IMG/VR virus record: IMGVR_UViG_3300043788_000049
Span: 23,272-87,271 of that record
DNA length: 64,000 bases
Strand: one strand, 5' to 3'
Source: a virus
Shown here: positions 36,139 through 46,600 of the stretch, piece after piece
Position numbering within the stretch: position 1 is the stretch's first letter
How the letters are laid out: each line of letters starts with the position of its first letter
The notes under the pieces: model-generated
The model's database searches: none
What the model saw: only the letters and a program-made list of their open reading frames with translations
What the model was told of the DNA's origin: nothing
Translations under genes and position numbers: made by a program

Positions 36139-36764
36139 CAGGCAGCCCTCCGAGACCACGTCGTCCTTAGTGCCATTTCGACAGCTTTCTGAGCTGCCAT
36201 CCCTCTATAAACACGGCCATGCACAGTGCCATATTTTAAGGTGCAACCGGATCGTTCGAATATTTCGGGCAGCGTTAGCGCTTCGCCTTTATAGGGATGA
36301 AGATGCGAGACGGTGCGGTTGCGCGCTTGTTCCTTTACGGTTGCCCAGCGGCAATTCCCCGGCTCGTAGTTGCCGTCATTGTCGATCCGATCAAGCGATA
36401 GACCACGGGGCCTTTTGCCCATGTCTGCAAGAAATGCCTCAAAACTATCCCACCGCGAACAAATAACAATGCCGCGATCCGCATACCACTTGCGGTTCTT
36501 TTTATCGCTAATTTTTACGCGCTGACGCATTGAGACCCATGCACTATAGGTAGTGGAGCGCTCGTTTCGCCTATTGTGGCCATGAGAGAGAGACCGCGCA
36601 GTTATGGCGCTGCGTGCGTAACAGCCGCAGGAAGTTGTATGACCACTCTTCACATGCTGGAGAGTTGTTTCGAATTCCTTTCCGCATTCGCATCTGAAAA
36701 CGCCACGCGTGATGAATCCGCGACCGCCAGTCCGTGGCAATCTCTGAATCAGCAATGGCGTCAT
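36138..36764 (-). CDS. HNH-type homing endonuclease
   Basis: CECG, SCGC, RGI.IC.RW.SF..FLADMG, LDRIDNDGNYEPGNCRWAT. Confidence 0.88.
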   Translation of the reverse strand: MTPLLIQRLPRTGGRGFITRGVFRCECGKEFETTLQHVKSGHTTSCGCYARSAITARSLSHGHNRRNERSTTYSAWVSMRQRVKISDKKNRKWYADRGIVICSRWDSFEAFLADMGKRPRGLSLDRIDNDGNYEPGNCRWATVKEQARNRTVSHLHPYKGEALTLPEIFERSGCTLKYGTVHGRVYRGMAAQKAVEMALRTTWSRRAA

Positions 36765-37204
36765 AGTCCCAGCCCCTCATGACTAATGAAACCTTGGCCA
36801 ACTTGGTCGATCATGTCGACCAACTGCTTTGGCGCTTTCATAGGTGTGCAGGCGTTTGGTCCATCGATCCAGAAGATAACGCCTCCGTCTCCTATTCGAG
36901 CCAGAACGGCCTTATCGCCGGATGGAAAGCCGGCCCCTGTTTGTGGGTTTAGGATGTAAATGCCGCGCAAGAACTCCCATTGGTCTCTATTTAACTCAAT
37001 CCAGGCTGTGCTGCCATTTGCGATAGCAAGCGCTTTAGCCTCTTCGATCGTCCTACAGGGGCCTCGTGGCGTCTGAGCCGCCGCCTTGTGCTGCATGTCG
37101 GCCATCACGAACAAGAGAAATATCACGATGGCCAGGACTGCGGCGATGAGCCAGTCGGTGCGGCTGAGATCCTCGGGCTTCTTCCGATACTGCCGCAATG
37201 TCAT
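36761..37204 (-). CDS. Membrane-anchored hypothetical protein
   Basis: N-terminal TM helix. Confidence 0.6.
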   Translation of the reverse strand: MTLRQYRKKPEDLSRTDWLIAAVLAIVIFLLFVMADMQHKAAAQTPRGPCRTIEEAKALAIANGSTAWIELNRDQWEFLRGIYILNPQTGAGFPSGDKAVLARIGDGGVIFWIDGPNACTPMKAPKQLVDMIDQVGQGFISHEGLGL

Positions 37205-38482
37205 TTACCCCCCCCAGATTGTTGCATCGGCGGTATAGTGGAGGAAGGCCGATGAGATGCTGGTGGTCGATCCATCGAAGAGAAATGAGGCTGTCGAGAT
37301 ATTGAATGGCGGCTGCGTGGCCGTGACGCCGGCCGTAAAGGCCGAACTGGTTTGCAGAATGACCGAAACCTTGTTGACCGTCCCAGCACTATCCCAATAG
37401 CTGACCGTGGGGACATTGCGCATCAGGGTCGGGAACATCACGAGGCCGGCATTGACGCCTGCGTTATTGGTGAGGGCCGGCCCTGCGATATTCAGCGTGG
37501 TGGCGGTCCCGGCGGAGCTTCCATTCGCATAGCTCTGCGCCCAGAAGCGGTAATTCCACTGAATGTCGCTGGCCGGATCGCGAACCTCTGGAGTGGGCGG
37601 GCTCGCATTGAGGCCGATGGTTGCGCCAGGGGTGACGCGCGCATCGAAGCCGGCGTTGAGAGTGAACGTCTTGCCGGAAGTCGAGAAGTTATTGCCAAGA
37701 TCCACAATGAACTCGTAGCCGGTGGTAGCTCCTGAATTGGCGGCAAAGGTGTAGGCTTCCGTGCAGCTCGTGTTGTTCAAGCACGCTTGCAGGTTGACCG
37801 AGGAAAGATCGGTTGTGGAGCCCGCCCAAGCTCCCCCTGCCGTAACCCCGCCATCCTGACCGCCTGTGGCGTATTTCGTCGTTAGGGTCGGCGTGATGGT
37901 CGCGCCGGAATTATTAAACCAGGGAAGTTGAAAGGTTACGGTCTGCCCCGCAAACTTTGCCGCCGTGTAGCTTTCGACAACGAACCGCAGTTTCACATCG
38001 GTTACGCTCGCTGCCCCGGTGACTTTGAGAGCGTTGTAGCCAAGAGAGCCAACCGGACCAGCAGACTGCGTCCAGGTCACGGCGGCGCCAGATGCGACGA
38101 CAAAGACACCCTCGGCGGTCCAATCCGCATTCCCCACGACAGTCGATGTCGTCCCGCTGGTTCCGTGGAACCATGCGGTTAGGGTGGCGTTCCGCAGAAC
38201 GTTGGTGAAGCCCTCGGTGTTGCCGGCGATCACCGCATTGCCGATGTTGTTGCAGCCGAAGGCTGACATCGAAGCCGTCCAGGTCAAGGCTTGAGCAGCG
38301 CCGTGGCAATCCGTCATCGTGAAGAAATGCTGGATGCCGGATTGGTCAATGCCGCCTGAAGGTTGCGAACCCGCAGTCCCCGACGATTGAAGGCGGTTGA
38401 TGTAATCCTGCGCCGCCGCCGGCTCGGCCAGCAAGGCGAATGGGGAGCAAGCCAGAAGGAGGCCGAGGCGGTGAGGCTTCAT
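37205..38482 (-). CDS. Tail fibre-like/carbohydrate-binding virion protein
   Basis: Thr/Gly-rich beta protein with fibre-type C-terminus (PTPEVR...YRFW...FPTLMRNVPTV); signal-like N-terminus. Confidence 0.55.
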   Translation of the reverse strand: MKPHRLGLLLACSPFALLAEPAAAQDYINRLQSSGTAGSQPSGGIDQSGIQHFFTMTDCHGAAQALTWTASMSAFGCNNIGNAVIAGNTEGFTNVLRNATLTAWFHGTSGTTSTVVGNADWTAEGVFVVASGAAVTWTQSAGPVGSLGYNALKVTGAASVTDVKLRFVVESYTAAKFAGQTVTFQLPWFNNSGATITPTLTTKYATGGQDGGVTAGGAWAGSTTDLSSVNLQACLNNTSCTEAYTFAANSGATTGYEFIVDLGNNFSTSGKTFTLNAGFDARVTPGATIGLNASPPTPEVRDPASDIQWNYRFWAQSYANGSSAGTATTLNIAGPALTNNAGVNAGLVMFPTLMRNVPTVSYWDSAGTVNKVSVILQTSSAFTAGVTATQPPFNISTASFLFDGSTTSISSAFLHYTADATIWGG

Positions 38483-39099
38483 CGGTTTGTCTGCGCAGTT
38501 GATTGGATCGTCGCGATTTGCGCCGAGGTCAGCCCAAGAGAGCTTTGGACCAAGGCCCAGATAGAGCCGCCGACCGGCCAGAACGCATCGCTATAGGCAA
38601 TGTTCTGAGAGTTGGTCGTGTCCGGCGGCACGGCGGCCTCGAAGGTTTCGAGCGTATAGCCCTGCGTCACGATCGCCCGCTTGGCTTGCCCCGAGGTAAT
38701 GGGCAGCGTGTTGATCGTCGGGGCAGCAGCAGTGAACTGGATGAAATTGATTGGTGTCACGCCAACGATGATCGGGTTAGGCGTCGCGACCGCGAAGATC
38801 GCGTTGGCGTAGAGCAGGCCATTAGTGATAAGAGTTTGTGTGCCCTGGACGACGTTGGAATCGCCATTAAAATCAATTGCTAACGTCCATGCACCAAGCT
38901 GCGCATTGTAAATTCCGTTCGTGGTCGCCGATGTATTTGCCCGGACGAGGATGCGGTCGCCGGCCAAAGTCTGATAACCATCGATCACGAGCAGACCGAT
39001 CATTCCATTCGTGCGGTCCATTGTCGTGGCGGCCTGACAGGGCGCTTTGATCGCCACCTGATCGGGAATGCCGCCGAGAATATCGAGGGAGGTCGACAA
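38479..39099 (-). CDS. Tail-associated protein
   Basis: KAPCQAATT..IDG..LAGDRILV..N....NGIY motif of fibre proteins. Confidence 0.65.
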   Translation of the reverse strand: MSTSLDILGGIPDQVAIKAPCQAATTMDRTNGMIGLLVIDGYQTLAGDRILVRANTSATTNGIYNAQLGAWTLAIDFNGDSNVVQGTQTLITNGLLYANAIFAVATPNPIIVGVTPINFIQFTAAAPTINTLPITSGQAKRAIVTQGYTLETFEAAVPPDTTNSQNIAYSDAFWPVGGSIWALVQSSLGLTSAQIATIQSTAQTNR

Positions 39100-39160
39100 G
39101 CCTGGACCTCAACCAATAGAGGAACGAGCCTGACGGATTACCACGGATAGCCGCTAGGGG

Positions 39161-39301
39161 CTACCGCCCCCGCGTATTGCGGGTGCCCGGTGGCGGCTTC
39201 GTGATCTTGACCACCTGGGGAGCCGAGCGGACCACGCGCCCGCTGGCGTCGCGGCGCACGATGACGACCTTGCCGGGGCGATGGCTGTAGATCGCCTTCA
39301 C
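39161..39301 (-). CDS. Small basic protein with RDxxG motif
   Basis: GTGA-coupled; VIVRRDASGRVV. Confidence 0.45.
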   Translation of the reverse strand: MKAIYSHRPGKVVIVRRDASGRVVRSAPQVVKITKPPPGTRNTRGR

Positions 39302-39528
39302 TTCTTCCCCCGCTCGGCCTCGATCCGGTGGACCTCGGCGATCATGTCGAAGATGTCGGGCTCCGGCGGGTCCTCCTCTTCGTCGAGCAGGCCGATATCC
39401 CGCAGATAGTCGTGGCTGACATAGGTGATGCCGCCCGCCCATGGGTGGTTAAGAGCGTGTCCGCCTGCCGGTGTTTCGAAGGCGTCGACGAGCAAGCCTT
39501 GCCAGTTCGGAGGATCGCCAATGGTCAT
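39298..39528 (-). CDS. Small protein with WAGGITYV motif and a degenerate C-terminal tag
   Basis: PWAGGITYVSHDY; PEPDIFDMIAEVHR. Confidence 0.6.
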   Translation of the reverse strand: MTIGDPPNWQGLLVDAFETPAGGHALNHPWAGGITYVSHDYLRDIGLLDEEEDPPEPDIFDMIAEVHRIEAERGKK

Positions 39529-42251
39529 CGCGGAGCCGGAGTAAAGATGCGGGGCCAGCGGGAGGGTAGCATTTCTCCCGGTTTCCAGAAATACTGCTGG
39601 CCTGTTTCCTTCCTAAGTTTTTCAGCTTGCTGCCAGAACTCACGGTGCGCATCCGGGTCGGTCGCATACTGCGCCTGATCGAGGATCATCCGGTTGAACG
39701 CCGCGCGGATCGGCCATGCTGTCGCGGCGACGGGCGTATAGCCTTGCGCAAATCGCCGCCCCGCCTTCGCGAAGACCTTGCGCCACGGCTGCTTCTGCGT
39801 GCCGGATTGCCAGTTGCGAAGAAGATCGAGGGCGCCCTGCCCGGCGTTGATGGGGAATGTGGCGACCGGCCCCGCCAGGGTTTCGAGCGGCCCTTGGCCG
39901 AAGGATGAAATGTCGGAGGTCAGGAAGTCGCCGAATAGACCGAAGGAGGCCGAGGTCGCCAGGGCGCGAACCCAGGTCGAGAAGCCAACGCGCGATGTAG
40001 GGTCCATAGGCAGCGCATCCTTGCCAGCGGCGATCTGCTTTAACTGGAGCGACATCATCCCCATCATCCAGAGGATCGGGATGAAAGCGGCGAGATAAGC
40101 GATGCCGTGCCAGTTGCTTCGGGCGAACTCGCGCTGGAGCCCGAGGGCTTGGGTGATCGTGTAGGTGCCAATGAAACCCTTGAACATGCCGAAGGATAGC
40201 GCGAGCGCTCTGGGCGCCCCCCCCGGCACCGTGCCGCCAAGCATTGTCGCCGAAAAGCGCATGGAGTGTTGCGGGACGGCGACCTCTCGCTCGCCCTGCA
40301 TATAGGTGTTGAGGTTGATCCCCACCTGCCGGGCGATCTCCTCGGCGGCCTCTTGGTCCTTGGTCGGATCGAGCGATGGGCGGCCATAGGCTTGCAGGAC
40401 TTCCTGCGGCTTCAGGCTCCCAGCATCGGGAATGTCGATCGGCCGGAGCCACTTCGCGGAGCCGACCGATGGCTCATAAAGCTCGGCGAGCTGCATGACC
40501 TTCCAGTCGCGCTCATCCATCCCGTAGCCCTGGAGCTTCGTGCGCACGCGCTCAGGAAGCCCGGACCAGGACTGCTTGATGTTGTCGGCGAAGAAAGCCA
40601 TGTGGCCGCGGAAGTTGGCGGCCTTGTGGGCATTGACGACCGGGATAAGGCCCGTCCAGTGGGTGGTGCGGTCGGGGAGCCAGCGCGACCAGTTCGCCGC
40701 CTTGGCGAGCGCGCCGGACTGGCGAGCGAGCGCGCCGATGTGGAAGGCTCCAGTCTCGATGTCCAAGCCAGCGCGGAGCATTTCGGCATGATTCGCGCCG
40801 CCTCGGATGAGAGCGCTAAGGACCGTCGGCACGACGTTCGCCCAGCCAATGCCGTTCAAATAGCGAGCCTGGGTCTGGATGACGGGATTGGAGAAGACGT
40901 GCGGAATGACTGCCGAGCCAAGCAATGCGCTATAGGCGTCATTGCGCAGGATCGTGCCAGCCATGGCCCATTTCCCCTCCGTAGCGTCCGCCCCACGGAA
41001 TTGCTCGTAGTAGCCGTCCAGAACTTTCTCGGCCCGCCTCACGCGACGGGTGAGACTTTCGTAGCGATCAGGATTGATCCGCGTTCCCTCGGCGTATTTC
41101 CCTACGAGGCTGGATTGTCCGCCGAGTTCCCGTTCAGCCTCTAAGGACATCAGCTTCTTCAAATGGACGAGCGTTGCCGGAGGGTTGGTGCCGAAAATCT
41201 CCATGAGCGCCGCCTCGCGGGCGATGCTGTGGGTGTGGTGCATCATCTGCGCGAAGAGAGGGCCGTCGCCGACTTCTTTATTGTAGGTCGCCGCAACGTC
41301 GGAATTCTTGAACTTGAAAAAGCGATGGTCGATGTGTGCGAAGGCAAGACCACCGCCGCCCTTGCCGCCATGCGGCTGTAATCGGGCATAGTGGCGGGAG
41401 GAGCCGTCTGTCACCTGATTGAGCCAAGCATGGCGAAGCGTTTGCAGCTTCTTCTCGCGCGGCATGTTGGCGGGGAATTTCTCGCCGGTGAGGGCGTCGA
41501 ACATCCCCGGCCAGTCCAGAAGCGGCTCCAGCCAGTTGGCATAAAGTTCGGCCGCGCGGACCTGCGGCTTGAGATTGGCCTTCTGGATTGCCGAATACTG
41601 AGAGGGCGGCATTCCCTCCGGGGCCTTTCGGCCAAAGCGAACCAGCGCGTAGGGATCCGCTTTCTGCGGGACGCCCCAATTCTCCATCTTTGGGATCATG
41701 CCACCCCAGCGGTTGAACTCCTGCCGGACGAATTCATTGCCGGTGATGTAGGCGTCGTAGACCGCCTTGGCCTCCGGGGTGCTGCGCTCGCCATAGGCCG
41801 CGCGCAGGATGTCCCGCTCCAGGGCTTTGTTGATGTGGTTGCCGCTGAGCTTCGAGCGCCGGAAGGCCAGGAGAAATTGGCCCATCTTCGCATGAGCTAT
41901 ACCGATCAGCGATTCGCCGCGAAAGCGCGCACTCGGAAAGCCGGCATGGCCGAAATCCTCAAACAGTGAGAACTCTGCGCCGATCAGGTCCGGCCGCCCG
42001 CGCGCATCGCGGTAGTTGACGATGTTGCGTGAGACGCGGTCGATGGCCCGGAGCTGGAACAGCGCGGCCCGCTCCTGGGCCATGCCGATGATGTCCTGCC
42101 GGCGCTGCAGTTCGGTCTGGGCTTCTTTCGGTGTCTTCCCGGTCTTCATCAAGCCGGCAAAATCGCGCAGCGTATCGTCGGCCTCTTCCTGGCTGATGTC
42201 GCCGCGGGCGAGCTGGCCTTTGACGCAATTTACGAAATCTTCGGCAGCCAT
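39525..42251 (-). CDS. Large internal virion (ejection) protein
   Basis: 908 aa helical protein, hydrophobic C-terminal region (ATSASFGLFGDFL, LAGP), terminal YFWKPG. Confidence 0.72.
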   Translation of the reverse strand: MAAEDFVNCVKGQLARGDISQEEADDTLRDFAGLMKTGKTPKEAQTELQRRQDIIGMAQERAALFQLRAIDRVSRNIVNYRDARGRPDLIGAEFSLFEDFGHAGFPSARFRGESLIGIAHAKMGQFLLAFRRSKLSGNHINKALERDILRAAYGERSTPEAKAVYDAYITGNEFVRQEFNRWGGMIPKMENWGVPQKADPYALVRFGRKAPEGMPPSQYSAIQKANLKPQVRAAELYANWLEPLLDWPGMFDALTGEKFPANMPREKKLQTLRHAWLNQVTDGSSRHYARLQPHGGKGGGGLAFAHIDHRFFKFKNSDVAATYNKEVGDGPLFAQMMHHTHSIAREAALMEIFGTNPPATLVHLKKLMSLEAERELGGQSSLVGKYAEGTRINPDRYESLTRRVRRAEKVLDGYYEQFRGADATEGKWAMAGTILRNDAYSALLGSAVIPHVFSNPVIQTQARYLNGIGWANVVPTVLSALIRGGANHAEMLRAGLDIETGAFHIGALARQSGALAKAANWSRWLPDRTTHWTGLIPVVNAHKAANFRGHMAFFADNIKQSWSGLPERVRTKLQGYGMDERDWKVMQLAELYEPSVGSAKWLRPIDIPDAGSLKPQEVLQAYGRPSLDPTKDQEAAEEIARQVGINLNTYMQGEREVAVPQHSMRFSATMLGGTVPGGAPRALALSFGMFKGFIGTYTITQALGLQREFARSNWHGIAYLAAFIPILWMMGMMSLQLKQIAAGKDALPMDPTSRVGFSTWVRALATSASFGLFGDFLTSDISSFGQGPLETLAGPVATFPINAGQGALDLLRNWQSGTQKQPWRKVFAKAGRRFAQGYTPVAATAWPIRAAFNRMILDQAQYATDPDAHREFWQQAEKLRKETGQQYFWKPGEMLPSRWPRIFTPAPR

Positions 42252-43417
42252 CAGACCTCACACTCCCCGATCAGCTTCGCCAGCACCCGCCCGCGCCCGG
42301 CGCGATTGAGGAATTCCTGCCGGGTGACGTAGCTGCCGTCTTCCATCGGGACCTTGTTGAACAGATCATCGGGGCCGCGCGTGGCGTCGTCAAACAGGGG
42401 CTCCGGCTGGGGCGCGGTTGGAGGGGCTTGTGCGGGTGGTGGGGGCGCAGCTTGCGCCCCCTTCGGGAACATCGCCTCGATGGCCGGCGGCCCTTCCGTC
42501 TCCAACACCTGCCCTATGCGCTGGTCGAGCGGCTCTGGCGATTGCGAGGCCGCCACCGTCGCATGATGCAGAGCTTGGCGAACCACGCCTTCCGCAGGAC
42601 TGCCGCGATGTGCGGCCAGCGCCGCCTCGCCCTCGATCCGTAGCTTGTTGGCCTTGGCCTCTCCCTCCTTCTCGAAGGAAGAGAAGCTCCCGCCCTTATC
42701 TCGTGAAGCAAGATGGTCATCGTCATGCGGATAGGGCTTCTGGTAGAGATCGGGCGGCGGGTTCTTGGGGTTCTCGTGATCGATCGGCTTTAGCCATTTG
42801 GCCCAATTGTCCTGGTATCCCTGCCATGCGTTCGGCCCTATGTTCTTGGCAACCCATGCTTCCTCCGCAGGTTCGGCCCAGCCAAAGTGGGCGATCGGAT
42901 AGGCGCGATCATCCGACAGGCCGGCAGCCGTCAGAAGATTGAAGACGTGCTTCTCGACCTGCTCGTGGACGACCACAGGGATGGCCGGGTCATATTTCAC
43001 GCCATCGACCTCGGCCTCCTTCGGGACGTGGCGATCGACATTGGTCACGCCGTCGTTGGCGTTGTTCGGCCCCGCCCCGTAGGGCACATCGTTCTCGCGA
43101 TTGATCTTCGGATTGGCGATGGCGCCGGCGACATAAGGGTCGGCCAGGACGCGATCGACCTCGGGAATGCCGGTCAGGGGCTCGGCCCCAGCGGCGATCT
43201 GCGGGCGTTCGAGGGGGTGCCCGGCCGGGATGGGCTGGCCGATCTCGGCCTTGGCTTTCTGGATCAGGTCATGCCCAGCGCGGCGCAGCGGGCGCGGCAC
43301 GCCGGCCGCGTCGTGCCTTTCATAGAGATTGTAGACCTCGTTGAGCACGCGCGCTGCGGCCTCGTGGTCCAGGCCGGACGCCGCGGCGATCGCCTCGATG
43401 CAGTTATCGAACGCCAT
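42251..43417 (-). CDS. Virion-region protein with HExxE metalloprotease-like domain
   Basis: DVPY.AG....DG...VDRH.P...VVHEQVEK...AH...E...DLY.KPY. Confidence 0.55.
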   Translation of the reverse strand: MAFDNCIEAIAAASGLDHEAAARVLNEVYNLYERHDAAGVPRPLRRAGHDLIQKAKAEIGQPIPAGHPLERPQIAAGAEPLTGIPEVDRVLADPYVAGAIANPKINRENDVPYGAGPNNANDGVTNVDRHVPKEAEVDGVKYDPAIPVVVHEQVEKHVFNLLTAAGLSDDRAYPIAHFGWAEPAEEAWVAKNIGPNAWQGYQDNWAKWLKPIDHENPKNPPPDLYQKPYPHDDDHLASRDKGGSFSSFEKEGEAKANKLRIEGEAALAAHRGSPAEGVVRQALHHATVAASQSPEPLDQRIGQVLETEGPPAIEAMFPKGAQAAPPPPAQAPPTAPQPEPLFDDATRGPDDLFNKVPMEDGSYVTRQEFLNRAGRGRVLAKLIGECEV

Positions 43418-43418
43418 T

Positions 43419-43682
43419 TTATAGCTCGATTAGGAAGAGAGGCGTCAAGGCGCGACCAGTGCGCTCATCATATTCATGATCGACCCACGTAATGCCGCCG
43501 GCCCAAGTGTTCACACCGCCTTGGATGACCTCCCCGATCTGGGCATAATCGGGCCAAGTGATGGCTGGCGCAGGGAACCACGATTGCCCGGATGGTCGTA
43601 TGGCAGAGCTTTGAGGTCGCGTGCATCCGACCAGAGCCACAGGAGCGCCTAAGAGGACGGCAAAAAATCTACGTCTATCCAT
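43419..43682 (-). CDS. Small Tat/lipoprotein-signal protein with GGITWVDHEYDER motif
   Basis: MDRRRFF twin-arginine, LVGC lipobox. Confidence 0.55.
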   Translation of the reverse strand: MDRRRFFAVLLGAPVALVGCTRPQSSAIRPSGQSWFPAPAITWPDYAQIGEVIQGGVNTWAGGITWVDHEYDERTGRALTPLFLIEL

Positions 43683-46600
43683 TATCTCCGAACCTCGATT
43701 TGATGAGCGGCATGATCCTATCCAGAATGTCCATGATGTCCTGGGTGTGATTGCGGACCATCGGTCCTTTCCCTTGGACAGTCGGCGGAATGGCGTCGAA
43801 GGCCAACCTATACCTCATCTTGATCGAATGGACCCCGACCTCCGAGGATCGGTCGATCGCGGTGATCGCAATTACCCTGGCCTTATAGACTACCTTCACG
43901 CCCGGCGAATGGACAGTGCCTCTCGGCGCTATCTCCCGCGCCTCGATGACGCTGCTGGGGAAGTCCTCGAAGTCGAACCCGCCGTGGGCGTGCCTGAAGA
44001 ACTCTGGGCCGCCCTCGCCGGGTTTGAGCGGATATTTCGGGCCACCGCCGCCAGAGGGCGGGATCTCCAAGACGATCGGCGGCACGACCGGAGGCAGCAC
44101 GATCGGCGGGGTTGGAGGCGCTGGCGGTGGAGGCGGCGGCGCGCTCTGCGGAATGCCGAGCGTCGCGATTTCGAACATCGGGTCCGGCGGCGTCCAGGTC
44201 GCCAGGACGGTCGGCAGCGACAACCTGCCGCCAATCAGTGGTGGGTTCTGCGGGGTTGGCCCGCTCGGGGTAAACTTCGGCCCGACGATGGGCGCAGGAT
44301 CAGGCGGGAGCCATGCGGTCAGGAATGCCGCGAGCTGGCCCGCGCCGCTTACGGGTTGCAGGGGAGGAGCCGACGGTGTGAACCACTTGACGCCCCATTG
44401 AGGAGCAGGATCAGGCGGTATCCAAGCCGCGAGGATCGCGGGGAGTTGCCCCGAGCCACCGATCAGCGGCGGGTTTGAAATCCCCGATGGCGTGAAGACG
44501 CGGGTTCCGAGTTGCGGCGCAGGCTCAGGCGGGAGCCAAGTCGTAAGGACCGCTTGGAACTGCGCCGAGCCGCCGATGAGGGGCGGGTTCGCCTGCGGGA
44601 CGAGCTTCGGCCCGAACTGCGGGAGTGGATCGGGCGGCAGCCACGCGTTGAGGATCGCGTCCGGAACCCTCGATCCGACAGGCGTCGGCTGCGGGGCGGA
44701 TGGCGTGAAGACCTTCGTCCCGAGTTGCGGGAGTGGGTCTGCAGGCAGCCAGGAGTTGAGAACCGCGATCGGGATGCGCGCGCCGATCAGCGGCGGGTTC
44801 TGAGCCGCCGGACCAGAGGACGTTAACTTAGGTCCAGACTGCGGAGCGGGGTCTGGGGAACCCCATGTCGTCAGGACGCCGGGCAACCACGGGTTGGCTG
44901 CGAGCACGGGCGTCGGCGGGGCGCTTACCGGGAGACCACTCGGCCCGAGAAGGACGTATGCCGGGTCCTGAGCGAACCAAGCGAACGCCGGCCACTGTTG
45001 CTCGCCGGGAGGGATAACCTGGGATGTTGCCGGGCCGGAAGCAGTTAGTTTGGGACCAAATTGCGGGGCCGGATCGGGAGGAGCCCATGACGCAATGATC
45101 GCCGCGAATTGGCCAACGTTGCTTACTGAAAGCTTTGGCGGGGCTGATGGCGTGAACTGCCGCGTCCCCAATTGCGGGAGTGGGTCAGGCGGTATCCATG
45201 CCGCGAGGATCGTTTGTAGCGCCGCAAGGCTTCCGCCAATGACCGGCGGGCTTTGCGGGTTTGGCGCGCTGGGGCCGTATAGGTCGATCCCAAGCGCTGG
45301 TTGGGCGAACCAGGAATAGACGCTCTGTTGGTTGGCCCCGATGATCGGCGGCCGCTGCGGGGCCGGCCCCGAGGGGGTGAGCTTCGGCCCCCATTGCGGG
45401 GCTGGATCAGCCGGCGTCCATGAGGCGAGGACGATGGGCAGCCAGGAATTAGCCGAGAGTTGCGGCGCGGGTGGCGCAGACGCAGTTAGGTTCGGACCAA
45501 GGACGACATAAGCCGGCGCTTGCGCGAACCACGCATAGGCAGGCCACTGTTGTTCCCCTGGCGGGATGACCTGGGAGGCTGCGGGTCCAGAAGCGGTTAG
45601 CTTTGGACCGCCTTGCGGCAGAGGATCGGGCGCGGCCCAAGTAGCAAGGACCGTCTGGAGCCATGGATTGCTGGGGCTGAGATAGGCGGCCGCGGTTGGC
45701 TGAGGGACTATCTTGGGCCCGAACTGCGGAGCGGGATCGCTGGGCGTCCAAGTGGATAGAACAGAAGCTAATGTGCCGCGACCCGCGAGCGGTGGCGCTT
45801 GCGGCGTAGGGCCGGACGGCGTGAATTTTGGACCCCATTGAGGAGCCGGATCGGGCGGCATCCAGGCGGCAAGGAGGGCCGGAAGCGCTCGGGCCCCACC
45901 GACCAGCGGCGGCGGAGTCGGCGCAGACGAAGTTAGCTTTGGACCATACTGCGGGGCCGGGTCTGGAGGCGTCCAAGTCGCGAGGATGGACGGAAGTGCA
46001 GGCAATCCGCCGATGACCGGCGGGGCCTGCGGTGTCGGTCCAGACGGAGTGACCTTGGGACCCCACTGTGGCGCGGGATCAGGAGGAAGCCAGTCATTCA
46101 GCGTCGCTTGGAACTGGCCGGCCCAACGATCGATGAGTGGTGGGTTCTGCGCCGCCGGGCCGCTCGGGGTAAGTTTCGGGCCCCACTGTGGAGCAGGGTC
46201 CGGAGGCAGCCACGCGACTTGGGTTGCCGTTAGGTGCTCAGGCTCGCCGCCAATGACCGGAGGGTTCTGGGGAGTTGGACCAGAGGGTGGGATCAGCAGG
46301 TTCGGCGCATACGGCTGTTCGTCGAGGCTGAGATTGAAGTTGGCGGCTGCCGCCGCATCCCACACGCCGAGGATGGCCGGGAGTCTGCCGAGGCCAACGA
46401 GAGGCGGATTCGTCGGGGCCGCGATCGGGATGCCCAGCGGGCCGAGGAGGACATAGGTCGGCGCTTGCGCGAACCACGCATAAGCGGGCCAGCTCTGTTG
46501 CCCTGGAGGCGGGGGCTGAGCTACTGGCGCGATGATGGAAAATCGCTGTGTTTGCGCCGGCTGATCAACTGGCGTCCACGCAGCAAGGATCGTCGTGAGA

